Of a DNA stretch of 64,000 nt, positions 38,260 through 52,330 are shown piece after piece. The notes beneath the pieces were generated by a model that did no database searches, was not told the DNA's origin, and was given only the letters and a program-made list of their open reading frames with translations. A program made the position numbers and the translations under genes. The stretch lies in NCBI RefSeq assembly GCF_963921235.1, contig NC_086108.1, forward strand, positions 59,646,001 through 59,710,000, written 5' to 3'. The stretch's first letter is position 1. Each line of letters opens with the position of its first letter. Origin of the DNA: Mobula hypostoma. Lineage: Eukaryota.

Positions 38260-39760
38260 TGCCTTACTGAGCTAGTCCCATTTGCAGGCATTTGTCCCAT
38301 ATCCCTCTACGCCAGAGGTTCCCAACCTGGAGTCCACAGACCCTTTGCTTAGTTGTATTGGTCAAAGGCATAAAAGAGATTGGGCACCCCTGCTCAAAAC
38401 CTTTCCAGTCTATGCATCTGTCCAAATGTTATAATTATAACTGTTTCTACCACTTCCTCTAGTAGCTTATTTTATATCTGTACCATCCTCTTTTTGGAAA
38501 AATTTACCCCTCAGGTCTCTGGTTAAATGTTACCCTCTCACTTTAAACCAATTCCCCCTAGTTTTAGACTCTCCTACTATGAAAAAAAGACTTTGGCCAT
38601 TCACCTTACGCCCCTCATGACTTTATATAAGACCATAAAATAAAGTAGCAGTATTAGGCCATTTGGCCCGTTGAGTCCACTCTGCCATTTGATCATGATT
38701 AATTTATTTTCCCTCACAACTCCATTTTTCTGTTCTCTCCTCGTAACCTTTGATGCCCTTGCTAATAAGAAGCTATCAACCTCTGCTTTAAGTATACCCA
38801 ATGGCATGGCCTGCACAGCCTAATGTGGCACTGTACTCCACAGATCCCTTGTATCCCTTGAAAAAAGAAATTCCTTCTCATCTCTGTTCCAAAGCAACAT
38901 CCTTCTATTCTGAGGCTGTGCAATCTTCATTCCACTCTAGTTAGGCCATTCAATGAGATCACCCCTCATTCTTCTAAACTCCAGTGAGTACTGACCCAGA
39001 GAACATCATAAGAAGTAGGAGCAGGAGTAGGCCATCTGGCCTGTCGAGCCTGCTCTGCCATTCAATAACAGCATGGCTGATCTGACCATGGACTCATTGC
39101 CATGTACCTGCCTTTTGCCCATAACCCTTAATTACCTTACAATGCAAAAAATCTATCCAACCTTGTCTCAAATATTTTTACAGAGCCATCAAACGCTCTT
39201 TATGTTTTAACCCTATCACCTCCAGGATAATTCTCATAAACCGCCTCTGGACCCTCTCAATGCCAGCACGTCCTTTCTTAGATAAGGGGTCCAAAACTGC
39301 TCACAATACTCCAAATGTGGTCCGACCCTCGGCATTACATTCCTGTTTTTATATTGTAGTCCTTGAGAAATGAATGCTAACATTGCATTTGTTTCCTTAC
39401 TGCTGACTCCATCTACAAATTAGCCTTTAGGGAATCCTGCACAAGAACTCTCAAATCTCTTTGCACCTCCATTTTCTGAATTTGTTCCTCATTCAGAAAA
39501 TAGTAACATTTTTATTCTTTCTACCAAAGTGTATAACCATTCACCTCCCTAGACTGTATTCCATTTTTCACATTTTGTCCATTCGCCTAATCTGTTTAAG
39601 TCCTGCAGACTCTGCATCCTCAGCGCTATTTGCCCCTCCACCTATCTTTGTACCTTTATAGGACCACTCCTCAACCTCCTACGCTCCAGGGGGAAAAAAA
39701 TCCTCACCTATCCAGTCTCTCCTAATAACTTAAACCCTTCAGTCCCAGTAACATTGTTGT
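38260..39760 (-). mobile_element. Cluster of three nested CR1 3' fragments (outer ~38260, inner 38630-39660, innermost 39001-39180)
   Basis: Repeated CR1 3' UTR and tails (ataagaccataa; cataagaagtaggagcaggagtaggcc); C-terminal ORF2 remnants. Confidence 0.8.
38313..38392. mobile_element. 80-bp hAT (Charlie-like) MITE
   Basis: TIRs cagaggttcccaacct / agattgggcacccctg; degenerate 8-bp flanks ctctacgc / ctcaaaac. Confidence 0.65.
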
Positions 39761-40896
39761 AAATATAGGAAGCGGTCCACATTTTCTAGGGGCTTGCCAT
39801 GAAATTTTATTGAGTGTGGTACAAGTATGTTGCCTTTTCTATTGCAAATATTGCATCTAATACCTAGCCTCTCATGTACTTCAGTAAATGCCTCGATCTG
39901 CTAGACACCGCAGCATCCAGTTGCTCTGCCACTGATCGGCGCCTGTTTCTGATTTCCAAGCGGGTTTGCTTTTAGAACGTATTTTGATACATAAGGTTTA
40001 CTCGCTGCTCAAATAACGTTACTTACAGCTCCAAGTCAACAGTTGAGCAAACGTACATACATCACCATGGTTATTACCAGGAGCTTAGTAGAAATCGCAA
40101 TAGTGCTGACCCTAATGAGATTTCACTGTCAACACCTCTGGCAGAATCCACATTATTCAGCAAGCAGAATGTATTACCTTGCTGTTCATGGCGAAACATG
40201 TGCATCACATGAGCCCAGCAACTGCAGCTGAGATTGAGCAAGAGAGGCATCAGCAGAGCAGCAGGGTGAAGATACATACGGGATGACCAAGAGGAGCGTC
40301 TGTGGTAGAACAGCTTATGCAAGAAGTCATTCATTCAATACCTTTATCAACATCAACAGATGTTCAATGTTAAACATTGCTACCATTTCCTTTGCTCTGC
40401 TATATTATTTGATCATGAATCAACCTTTATGAATTTAATTACATACATCCCTTCCTGCACAGTTGCATATTTGCTACTATAGTCATTTAAGCCATGGCAG
40501 TATCATAGGAATGGTATCCCATTAATGTGAGACAGTTGACTACTTTCACATTTCACCTTTACACTACAGCCATCAGGAAATATTCATTAATTCTGGGAAA
40601 TTACTCAGCTTAAACTGTTTGTAGACTTTCTCTTTCATAGAAGGACTGAAACTCCCAATTTAGTTCTCAATTTCAGCTAGATATTGCAGCTAATGTTTAC
40701 TAGGAAATTAAGTCTTCATTTGATAACTTGCTGTTATACCCCTAAAGCCTTAAAAATATGAATGTTACTCTTCCTTGTCCATCCAATGCCTTTACTCTTC
40801 AAGCCTAACAGAGGTGCATTGCAGTAATCTCAGAGATGGAATGTTTTTTATGAAAAACAGTTTATACTATCAGTAAATCATATCATCCTCATCAAA

Positions 40897-41560
40897 TGAA
40901 CATAGAACAGTACAACACTGCAACAAGACTTCAGCCCATGATGTTGTATCAAACTACTGAAACTAGGAATTAAATGCCTAACTAAACTAATCCCCTCTGC
41001 CTACCTAATGTCTATATCCCTCCATTCTCTGGTCATTTATGTGTCTATCTAAGAGCCTCTTAAATGCCTGTATTGCATTTACCTCTCCTACCACTCCTTG
41101 CAGTGCTTTCCAAGCACCTATCACTCTCTGTGCAAGGAAAAACTTGACCTGCATATCTCTTTGAACTGACCCTTCTCACCTCTCTCACCTTAAATGCATA
41201 CCTTGTAGTATTAGACATTTCAATGACTGGCTGCCTAGGTCTTTTATAATCTCATAAACTTCTTCCCTCAGCCTTTGCTGCTCCAGAGAAAAAGCCCAAA
41301 GATGGTTTAATCTTTTCTTCCTGTATATGCCCTCTCACATCTTGCTAAACCTCTTCTGCGCCCTCTCTAAATCCTCCATATCCATCCTTTGATGATGGAG
41401 TGACCAGAATTGAATGTATTACTCCATTCAACCTGAGTTACAACTTTGTATATTACTCCTAATCTGAGTTTTATAAAGTTGTAACATAGCTTCCTCATTC
41501 TTGAAGTCAAAGTCTCAACTAATACATCTTCTTTACTGCCCTATCAACCTGCGCAGCATT
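40897..41560 (-). mobile_element. Old CR1 3' fragment
   Basis: gaacatagaacagtac tail and 3' UTR similar to the 2821 copy. Confidence 0.75.
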
Positions 41561-42569
41561 ACTTTACAATTCTTGCAGTCAAATACACTAATGGAGATTT
41601 AAGGTCAGAGCAATGAAGCCAAATAGACACTTGGCAATTTCACATTGATTCATTAGAATACTTAGACAGCAGCTGAAAGCTATCTTAATCCACCTGATAA
41701 AAAATTTGCTCAGTAACCTCATAACTCTCTTGAAGTTGCAGCCGATTCTCTAATAATGCAGCCCATTCCACTTATCCGTCTGTACAGTTACATCTAAGCT
41801 CGTATTCAGGTCCTGTTGCTCCTGTGAAGTCTTAAATGAAAAACAAATGTTGGGGCTGCACAATAATGTGCTTCACCCAGAGAGATGAACTGCAGCCTTC
41901 TGAGAGCATTCTCCTGTCAATGAGCTTTGATTAGCAGACATTTCACACAGCAAGGTATGAGGCATCTTGCTGTGTCATCAAAAATTGTGATCATCCTCAC
42001 ATGGCCAAAAGCATCTCAGATCATTTTGTCGTGATGTTACTCTGTACTATAGTAGAATTTTTGAGGAAACCCTGCTTTGACAGGTAAGTATCCATTGTAA
42101 GCCTTCAAACCATCTGCATGGATCCACTGTCACTGGTAACATTAAATCACCATGTTGTAACACTAGCAGACTGCTGTTGGCAGCACCAATTGCTCTCCCA
42201 TGTCAGTTACTTCATGTGGCTTCATGGCATGATACCACGGATTGTCCTCAGGCTCAGCTCAGTGTCCTGTCCTTTGATGCTGAGAACTTATTTGATAAAT
42301 GAATGACCACTGAAGAATGTACTTTATACTCGTGCAGCACTTGAGGATAAGGTGCATTTTGCAGCAACATACATGGACGTTCATCTTGTGCGTTGAAAAG
42401 ACGACTACACAAATCCTCCTGTGCAGCCAGTCCACTTACCTTGATTAATTAAAGAGAAAGGACAGAGGAGCAGAAAGCTTGAACAGAATGTACTGTACTT
42501 CAGTTAAATAGCTTCACTCAGCATGAGCTGTGAAAATAGACCAGTAACAAACTGAACGAAACAAAGCAT

Positions 42570-42892
42570 TAGAGTCAGACAGTGATACAGCATGGAAATG
42601 GAAACAGGTCTTTTGCTCCAATGAGGCTTGGCCGTCCATCAAGCACCCATTTATAATAATCTTCCACTCATCCTGTTTTATTCTTCCCTCACTCTCATTG
42701 AACCTTTTAGATTATATAATTTTTTTTACATACTCAGGTCAATATAAAATGGCGAATTAACCAACCAACCATAATATCTTTTATGTGTGAAAGGGGACTG
42801 CAGCATCCCAGAGAAACCCATGTGGTCATAGAGAGAATGTGCACATTCCACGAAGTAAGCACTGGAGTTCGGGATAAAATCTGGGTTACCAG
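42570..42892 (-). mobile_element. V-SINE/HE1-like SINE interrupted by hAT element (resumes ~43668)
   Basis: gagaaacccatgtggtcatagagagaatgtgcacattccac. Confidence 0.6.
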
Positions 42893-43659
42893 TAATGTTC
42901 CCTCTAACTTGTAGTGACCAGTGTGTGCAAAAATCTTGTGCTGTGCAATTTTTTGCCCAGTGACACCAATGTGTGCACACTGAAATTTATGCATAGAGAT
43001 ATTCATTTTAACAGCTAGCAAAACACTGTCAATAAGAACGTTGATCTCCTCTGGGTTTGACCATTTTCGCTCTTGTTCATTTGCACTCTCTTAAAGCATG
43101 CATAGTAGGTCTGTAGCAGGTAATGAAGGATTTTCTTGCTGGAGCAAGAAAAAACCAAGTTTTCAAATATCACTCCACTTCTTCCCACTTGCAAGTTCTG
43201 CAGCAACTTTTGTATTGTATCAATGCACGCAGGTGACACCAGATTCTGCATTATACATAAATATTTCTTGTAGCTGTATGATCCTGACCCCATGAGCTTT
43301 CAGTGTAGCAGTTTTTACTGTTTCATTAAGCCATTCTCCTTTAAATGAGCTTGCAGTTCTTTTGCACTTCATGCCCTTTGCTTCTTTGGAATTTGATGTT
43401 GTGAATCAATAATTTCTTCATAAAAACGGTATAAATAAGCTAGTTCTAAAATCTGCAGACAAATCATTGCTAACTTCATGTTGTCAACACCGCCCACACC
43501 AGAAACCAGAAAAGGAAATGTGATTGTGTGTGATCGTGAAACATACTTAACATGCCAACGAAGTAGAGGATGACAACCTTTTCTGCACAGTTTAAATTCC
43601 CTTGTGTGCTAGTAGCAAAAGGTGAGTGTGCGCACACGCACGCCTTCAAGGGAACATTG
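42893..43659 (-). mobile_element. Non-autonomous hAT transposon with probable transposase remnant
   Basis: TIRs taatgttccct / agggaacattg; 8-bp TSD gttaccag / gtcacaag (6/8); minus-strand SSFKGEWLNE remnant. Confidence 0.72.
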
Positions 43660-44009
43660 GTCACAAGCACTTGAGTCTGCAACTGCACTAGGGTCTTGTC
43701 TTTTGATTGCAAAGGAAACTTGCAGGAAGAGTGAGTCAATGTATATTTGCTGTCTGTAACTCTGAATTTTGTTGATTTTCTATTTAAGTTTGGGAGCCCT
43801 ACCAATGTGCGGCAGCGCTTCCGTCATGGTGCGCTTTGGCTGCAGAAAGCTTGCTCTCCACTTGGCTCTGATGTATAGATGTCACCTCAGGACGCCCGTG
43901 ATAGACTGACTCCAGACTGTGAGATGCCAACTACTACACAGAGTTTGGAAAGGAATTTCATGTACATTGGTAAGGGCAGAAAATCAAAAACTTATTTTTG
44001 ATGCTAAAA

Positions 44010-44470
44010 CGCTAGAATTCTAAAATAAAAACAGAAAATGCTGGAAAATCTCAACAACTCAGGCAGCATCTCTGGAATGAGAAACAGTGTTAACTCTTTA
44101 GGCTGAAGACGTTCAAAATCAGTATTACATTGTGGCAAGGGCGAGGGAATAAAAGGAAATAACTATCTCTGGTAAGGTAAGGTATGGCTGGTGTTTGCCA
44201 AAGTGGTACCACAGCAACGGTAGAGTTTGCCAGGTTTTCACTTACCATCCTACAGACTGCTTATTCAACAGTTTGTCCTTGATCATTACTGCCAGCTTCA
44301 ACAACATTCTACAACTGAACAGACCGTCTTCTCCTCTCCCCACGTAGCATTCTTTAAGTAACCATTATTGACTGGTCTACTCTTTCATCTCTGCCACCCA
44401 CTACTCTTCTCAGGGCACTTCCCCGTGTATCCACAGGGCATGCAACACCACTCTTTCACCTACACCAGTG
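44010..44470. mobile_element. Very old PLE remnants (minus pLTR, plus-strand coding remnant; continues ~45090-45330)
   Basis: aaaacagaaaatgctggaaaatctcaac...ggcagcatctctgg; loose similarity to 18360-18640. Confidence 0.45.
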
Positions 44471-45085
44471 GTCAGTGGTGGAAATGCTGAGCACCTTTAA
44501 GCTCCCGGGTGTCAGCATCTCAGAAGATCTATCCTGGGCCCAAGGTCTTGATCCAATCAGGAGCAAGACACACCAGAGGCTTTGCTTTGTCATTAGTTTG
44601 AGAAAATTTGGAATATCACCAAAGACTTTTTCAGATTCCTATTAATGTACTGTGGTGAGGATTCTGATCGGTTGCATTACAGCCTGATGTAGAGGCTTCA
44701 ATGCACAGATTTGCAAGACGCTACAGAGGTTTGTAGACTCAGCCACCTCCAACACGAGCACAATATTCCCATTCATCTCCAAGAAACAGAGCCTCAAAAA
44801 GGCAGCATCCATCACTAAGGACTCTCACCGTCTAGGAGATGCGCTCTTCTCTTTACTACCATCAGAATCTGAAGACCCACATACAATGATTCAAACATAA
44901 TTTTTCTCCTTCACCATTAGACTTCTGAAAAGTCCATGAACCCATGAACATCACCTCATTGTTCCTTTTTTTCATCCATTTACTTATTTAGAAATTTGTA
45001 ACAATTTCATGTCTTTGCAGAGGACTGCTGTTACAAAACAACAAATTTCATGTCATATAAAACAGTAATAATAAACCTGATTCTC
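44470..45085 (+). mobile_element. Rex1/Babar 3' fragment
   Basis: FKLPGVSISEDLSW...LRKFGISPKT...CTVVRILIGCITA; aataaacctgattct tail. Confidence 0.78.
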
Positions 45086-45334
45086 CTCTTCTGTTCTCAC
45101 TCTCTGGGATTCAAACAAAGCTTTCAGTTGATGAGCTGGGACATCTTCAAATCAGATATACTGCATTCATTAATAGAATGGGAAAACTAAATATAGATTG
45201 GGTGACAGCTTTAGAGAGCACTGTCATTCAGGTTTCATTGGCGATCCTGAGTTCCAGTTCCCTGTCATTGTAACTCTCTGTGGAGTCCTGCATTGGTTGC
45301 AATAAAGACAAGCATTGAAGAACATCACTTTAAG

Positions 45335-45630
45335 AACATAGGACGTACAATGTTACATCATAGTTCAGGCCCTCCAGCCCATAACCTTTTAACCTACTCT
45401 AAAATCAAACTAATCCTTCCCTCCTACATAAACCTCCAATTTTCTATCATCCATTCACCTATCTTAAGAGTTCCTTAAGTTCCCTCAAGTATCTGCCTCT
45501 ACCACCACCCCCGGCAGAGGATTCCTTATATCCACCACTCTCTGTGTAAAGTGCTTACTTTGGACGTCCCCTTACCCACTATACTTCCCTCCAACCACTC
45601 CAAAAATTGTGCTGCCCTTTCTCTTACATC
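45335..45630 (-). mobile_element. CR1 3' UTR remnant (followed by plus-strand Rex1 remnant 45650-45850)
   Basis: aagaacataggacgtac tail; ccaccactctctgtgtaaa motif. Confidence 0.6.
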
Positions 45631-47339
45631 TAGGCACATCATAAGCATCAGAACTGGTAACTGAATGCAACAGCACACTTGATGTGGAGGTTTCAATGCA
45701 CAGGGTTCCAAGAGGACACAGAGGCTTGTAGACTCAGACGGCTCCTACACAGGCACAATGTTCCCAATGATTTTCAGGAAGCAGTGCCCCAAGAAGGCAG
45801 CGTCCTCACCATTTTCTCTTTACTACCATCGGGGAAGAGGTACAGGAGCCTGACCCAGCATCTGCAGACTTACTCATGTTTGTGATTTGCTAACCCACTT
45901 CCTCTATTTGTATCATGGCTGGCCATTTCCCATGAAGGGTTAACCATTTGTACGTACTTTTTCCTCTCCCACAAACAATAGCAGAAATATTTTCCCTTTG
46001 GTTTAATTTCTCTGCAGCAGCTCAGACTGGTATTTCACAGGTTTTATGTAATGTTTATGTTTGTTTTCTCTTTCACCCACTATCTCATTTATCTATTAAC
46101 ATACGTATTTTAAATAATGGGATCAGCCTGACAACCTTGTTCCAAGCAATTTTGGAGGCTTTCCCAACTGCCTCTTCCGAGATACATCCTTATCGTGAGG
46201 TTTGATTGACCTTACAAAATCAGTTATTGGCAGTTAACTTCTGGGTGTGAAGGAACACTTCCACTTCCTTCTGCCTGATTAAAGGCTGCAAGCACCAAAT
46301 ATTTCCTCTCATGAAACCACCCCTGCAACTGAAGTTCTTGGTTCACTTTACCAGCATCCTCACTGATGTTCTGTGGGGAGCAGGCACATTGGATCAGGGA
46401 GGTGCCCTCCAAATACACCTGTCACTGTGAACTTGGTGGCTTCTCTGTGGTAGCAGAGGGCTTCCTTCCCTACCTCTTCAATGAAAGTCTAAGCAGAAAT
46501 AGAATATGTTAGGTGATCCTGCAACAATAATGAGCCTCAAATCTCATATACGCACTTGTAGTCCAGATCCTTTTTTCTAATATTGACTTAGAAGGTCATG
46601 TTAGAGATGTCATTGAGGTGAGTTCATGTGGAAACCAATAAGGTATGGCAAGAGACTAGAATTAACCCTTAAAAACCCACAACTGTCGAGGATTATGAAT
46701 AGTTGTCAGATTACAAGACTTGACTGCAGATTTATAATAATGTCAAAGAAAGAATTTGCACATTGTAGGAATTTTGTGCTCCCATGTATCTGCATGGTAT
46801 GCCACAAAGACTCTAAGTTTGGCTTTCTTATGATATTTGTACAGAAAGGGGATGCAAAAACATTAAACAGGTTATGTGATGTTGTAATGCGGTGCTCTTC
46901 CTGTTTAAGTACTGCAGGGCTTTCAACTTTGATTCTTTTGAGGCAGTTTGCTGTCCAAGTGCATCTTGATATAAGCTGTTCACACCTAGCTAACTTAATA
47001 ATTTAATGTCCTCCTGCAGTGTGAAGGATCCATTAATTAAGGGAGGCTGGAAATGAGCTAAGGAGGCTTGCAAATCTTGTAATCAGATGAGTACTCATAA
47101 GCTTGGATAGTTGTAGGTCTTTTATCAGTTAATTGAACACCCTAGTCTTTTGCAAAAATGTCCAGTAGTGCAGCCAAGCATGGGTGATTAGCTTAAGCAG
47201 GAGCTTATTGCCATGACACATGCAACAAATTGCTCCTTCAAACGTATCCAGAAATCGATGTAAGAAAAAGATGCAGTCTGCATGCAGAACACAGCAAATG
47301 TTCACACTGCAGTTCTGGATAGGCTTGCTAAAAGAGACA

Positions 47340-47675
47340 TTGAGTCACAGGGAGATGCAGCACAGAAAGGAGCCCTTTGACCTCCACCTACCCAAGACCA
47401 TGAACCACCCATTTACACTGACACTAGTACCTATCTCTCTTATTCTCCACACATTCTCTTCAATTCACCCCCAAGTTCTACTACTCGCTGCCACACAAGG
47501 AGTAATTGTCAATGGATAATGACCAGACAGCTCGCAAATCTTTGGGATAAGGGAGCAGACTGTAACTCCTGGAGGAAACCCATGTGGTCCCAGGGGAAGT
47601 GTACAAACTCCACACAGACAGATACGAGGTCAGGTTTGGAACCTGGGCCTCTGCAAGGTGAGGCAGTAGCTCTAA
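47340..47675 (-). mobile_element. V-SINE/HE1-like SINE
   Basis: cctggaggaaacccatgtggtccaggggaagtgtacaaactccacacagacag. Confidence 0.7.
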
Positions 47676-47764
47676 TATCATATTTGTTGTTTTCTGTATG
47701 TTCTTAGAAGGCATAGTAACCTATGCTCATGAGTGTTATAATAATATTACTAATAATAATGATA

Positions 47765-48428
47765 CAGGTTGAGTACCCATTATCCAAAATGTTTGGGAAC
47801 AGAAGTTTCAATTTTGGATATCCGCATTTTGGAATATATAATGAGATACCTTGAAATCGCCATCATTTCTCTGAATTTAAGAGCTACCACTGAGCAGACT
47901 TTGCTTTACACTTGTTCTTCAAGTACTGATGCAGCCGTTCAGCATGTCAGATTTTCATCAGTGACGATCTTAGTAGCTTCATCAATGGATTCCTCTGCTG
48001 CTTCGTGAAGAACAGATGCCATATCACCACAAATGTTTAAAGATTTAATGCCATGCCTTTTCTTAAATTTCTGCAACTAGCCTTCAGAATATTCACAATT
48101 ACCTTCAATTTTCAGTTCGTTGTGATAGATCTTTGCTTGTTTCATGATCAGCATACTGTTAAATGGAATATGTTCACTCTAAAACTGATGAATCCATTCT
48201 TTCAATACACATACAAAATCTTCATTTTTTGCTTTATTCAGTGTCTTTTTAAATTTTTCATTAACTTCTGTTTATTTGAGGTCACTTCTCAAAACTGTCT
48301 GTGGTGTGCAGAGACCTGTGATTCACCTGGGGACCTTCCCAGTGCCTTGTGCAATTTTCCATTTATGACGTCATGTCAGCACGCAAAAAAATTCTGATTT
48401 TGGAATTTCGGATAAGGGGCGCAAACTG
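47765..48428 (-). mobile_element. Tigger4/Zombi-like non-autonomous DNA transposon
   Basis: TA-caggttgagtacccattatccaaaat ... atttcggataaggggcgcaaactg-TA; CENP-B-like remnant LMKQAKIYHNELK...LQKFKKRHGIK on minus strand. Confidence 0.85.
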
Positions 48429-48431
48429 TAA

Positions 48432-48690
48432 TAACTTATTTATAGAGCACTTTTCATACAAACAATGCAGTTCAAGGTGCTTGACAATGGGATAAAGTGC
48501 AAACATGAAAATAAAAGACAAAAAAATGTCAGTTAAAAGCAAGGTTAAATAAATAGGTTTTGAGCTGGCTTCTAAAAGTGTCAACTGAGTCTGCATCTCT
48601 CATAGTTTTAGGTATTGAGTTCCATAATTTAGGAGCATTGTTCAAAAAAGTTGACCTGCCAATTATTTTTTGAGGGAGGTTTTTTAAATT
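48432..48690 (-). mobile_element. L2-like LINE 3' end
   Basis: tttatagagcacttttcatacaaac...gttcaaggtgcttgaca, with ORF2 C-terminal remnant. Confidence 0.6.
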
Positions 48691-51639
48691 TCAGAGACTG
48701 CCAGAAGGAGACCCGAGAGCTAAAGTATGTAGCAAGGTGCAGTGAATTCATCCTCAACAAACATCCTTCAAGCCTTCCTTCTCTTGCCCAAGCGCCCATC
48801 TGTAAGTGCATCAACCTGCCGTACTGGCCTGGATCCTGCTCTAGTTTGAAGTACCATCTGCCTATTTGTGGCATTCACCTGCATTAGAGAGCATTGGAAG
48901 ACATGGTTGAGTAGGTAATATTGTAACCCTCTTGGATGATTGAGTGGAGAAGTCATGAAGTAAGGATAAGAATATGGAAGGATTAATCCAATGAGGGAAC
49001 ATGTATTAACACTGAGTGAGTAAATGAACATAGAGATGAAGTCATGAGTGTGAGAATGTGCATGTGCACTCAGGATGGTGAAAAACATTCTGCATGAAAG
49101 TTTGAGTAATTAAAGAATATCATAAAGTTTTCACTTTTGCTTGCTGCGGTGATAATATTTCCATCTTCTGAGCTCTTCACACTTCTGCCTAAAGGACCCC
49201 AGCTTTAGTCTTTGCTGCATCACTATCCACCCCCAAGTTGCTCCAATCGATGCATGTCTATAGTTCCACCTCCTCAGCTATCCCCAACTTTCCATCCAAG
49301 CTCTCAAACCTCTCCAACCTTTGAATTAGCCCCTAAGTAACTCTGAAGGATGAATGAGACCTGACTTGCCTCCTTCAGTGCTAGGCTTCTCTTCTCTGCA
49401 ACTGCTCAGACTTGGTGGTCCACAATAACAGATGTGGAAAAGGAATTGTGTAAGGGATGTTTAATGCTCCCAGTACCTTGCCCCTTAGACAATCTGAATT
49501 TAGCTGTTGCAGCTCCATGATCAAAACAATCATTGGCACATTGTTTATCAAAGCTTAGTGCATCTTCCTCTGTGCCAATGAATTTGTAGGCTGGGTGGTT
49601 CAATCTGGTCTCTGGGTCACAATCATTATGAAGACTGTTAAGAAATACTTTAAACTTTCTTAGTATTTGCACTAAACACTTATCACCCAAGATAGGAGCA
49701 CTATTATTTCCACTCTGCCGCAAACCAACACATAACATCACATTACAGTCACTTTAATCTTCATTACAGAGCGGGGAATTGCAGAGTATTTATGCTTCAC
49801 TTATTATTTTATTGTCCTATTGAGCCATTAACAGGTAATGTTCAACACTATAATTAGTACCACATTTCAATAGCACTAATCACAGTACAGCTTATAAAAT
49901 CTTGCTGTACCATTAAAACTGCCATAAATGGCTGATAGTTTACGAATATGCAGGGCAAGAGAATGTCTCCAATGGATGTTAATGTAGCAGAATAGTTTTA
50001 TGGATTGCTCAACAATCTGTTGTCACTACGGAAAAGGCCAAGTAAAATTTAGCCTGTTTTAAAGAATTAAGAAAGAATCTGGAATGGGAGCTTCGGCTTC
50101 CCAGGAGCTGCTGATTCCATTTCAATGAACTAGGGCTGTTATCAGGGTGGTAAAATTGACGAGGTGTATTGCTTGCTTCGGTGATTTCTTGCTGAAGACA
50201 CTGAACTTTTATCTATGCCTTGGTAATTTTTAGTGTCTATTTAAGCAGTGCTTAGCTTTGAGTAATGCAATATAAAATCTCCTTAATGCCCCCAGGTGAT
50301 GGCAATAGCAATGGAAAAGTATGGCAAAGTAAATGTCTTTCTATTCTAACTTCTTCAGTTTAGTAGTGTACCTTATACTGAATCATTACCACTTCTCCCT
50401 TATCACACAAGTTGTACCTAGCAACCAGCTTACATATATTGCAACTGCTCCGGTTATGGCTAGTTCAATAACTTTGATTTGTGCCTAGTATGATAGGAGT
50501 TTAAATGGTCGTACTTATGTGTGATTCTGATACATTTGTACCGAGAGGATTGAAGTGGAACTTCTCAGGATCAATTGAAGGAGCAAGGTAACTTCCCTTT
50601 CTTTTTACTTATTTTTTTACATTTTATTAATAAAGTATTAAGGGGTAGAATGTCCACAGAAATTTTACTCAATTGTCTGTTAAAATTTTCAAAGAACCAC
50701 AGATTACCATCAAAAAATATCTGAAGTTACAATAGAATCCCATGCAAATTAAACCAGTAAATCATAAATTTTATGTTTGGGAATATTGAAGCAAAAATAG
50801 CAACATGTGTCACTTCCTGTATTTCATTTTGCATCATAACAATGAAGTATTCATGCTCATTTTTCCTACTTCCATGATGAATGATATTTCCTGATGTTGC
50901 TGGCAAGATAAGAATTTATGCTATGTATAAAGAACAGATTTGCTAGGCTTCTAATATATTAATATGCTGCACTGTCACTGACAAAAGAGCTTTAACAACT
51001 GATACAGTAATTTTACCTACATTCTATAAATCTGGCTTGGATATCAAAAATGAACATTAAAGTACTGCGTGCTCTCAATGTAGAATTCTCCAAAGAACTT
51101 AGAGTCTAACCCCAACATATGCTCTCCAGACAAATTTTTTATGGATTTAACGTCAGGAACTTCAGTAGACCTCTCCTCTAATTGCACTCTGTTTAATTGT
51201 CAAGACTAAGCACCCTTCAATAACTCCAAGAAGCACTAGAGCGAATATGATGACGGGGTAAAAATGGCCATTTCATTCATTATGGGCCATTTCTAGTCTG
51301 CTATCGTGCTTGTCCGAAATTGTGCCTCGGACCTCATTGTAATACTTTGCACTGTTTCCATAGCTCTAAAAGTACAGGATACAGAAGACTGGATATGAAA
51401 AATAGTTTTTGTTTTAAGGCTGTTATTCAACTACTGGCTCTCTGAGCTGCAACGATGTTTATAGGAAATTCCAGAAAGTTTACCTGCGAGGTACTCTTGG
51501 AAAAAAACCTTGTTTTGTGCTTGTTGTATCTCATGTATTTGTCAACATTCTTCAAAGAGGACTCCATTGGATAAAAGAGATCCAGAGAAAACACATATCA
51601 CAATAAACATCTCACCAGTGTGGCTTGATCCAGTTTGGA

Positions 51640-52330
51640 CTACAATTGTACAGACATACAGTAAAGAAACAGGTCCTTCCATCCATCATGTCCATGTGTC
51701 TATCAATTATCCATTTACCACCACTTGGACAGTAGCTATTTAGATGTTGGCAATTCTGGCACTTGCCCAAATACTTCTTAATTTGAGTGATAATGTCCAC
51801 CTCGGTCATCTTGTTAGCAAGTACGTTAAGATTCCATCCACACTGGGTGAAAATAATTTCCTTCAGATCCTTTCTAAACTTCTTCTCCCTTGCACTGACC
51901 CTGGGTCTTCTTGTTTCAGAAACCTCAAGGAAATTTATGAGAAAAAGAGTCCCTGCTATCTCCCTGCCTATGTCCCTCATAATTTTGTAGACCTCAGTTA
52001 GGTCTGATCTCAGCCTCCTCTGCTCTAAAGTAGACAAACTCAATGTATTCAGCCTCTTCTCAAAGGTCAGATGCCTTAACACAGGTAACATCCTGCTGAA
52101 TATCCTCTTCACCCTCTCCAGGGCAATGAAAAAAATGACTACAATATTCTAGCTATGGTCTAACCAATATTTTATAAAATTGTGTTAAAACTTCCCTGCC
52201 TTTATATTCTATGCCCCAGCTAATGCCTTCTTCATAGCCTTCGAAGATCCTTGGACTTGCAGAACAAAGTCCCTCCATTCCTCAGGAAGGCCCTGTCATT
52301 CATTGTGTAACAACTTTCTTCCAGTAACCC
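51640..52330 (-). mobile_element. Old CR1 3' fragment
   Basis: RLNTLSLSTLEQRRLRSDLTEVYKIM (51612-52112). Confidence 0.85.

Noticed and set aside
42440..42527. Minus-strand exon-like segment with GTAAGT donor
   Set aside because: Stops in all three frames; a non-coding exon cannot be supported from sequence alone
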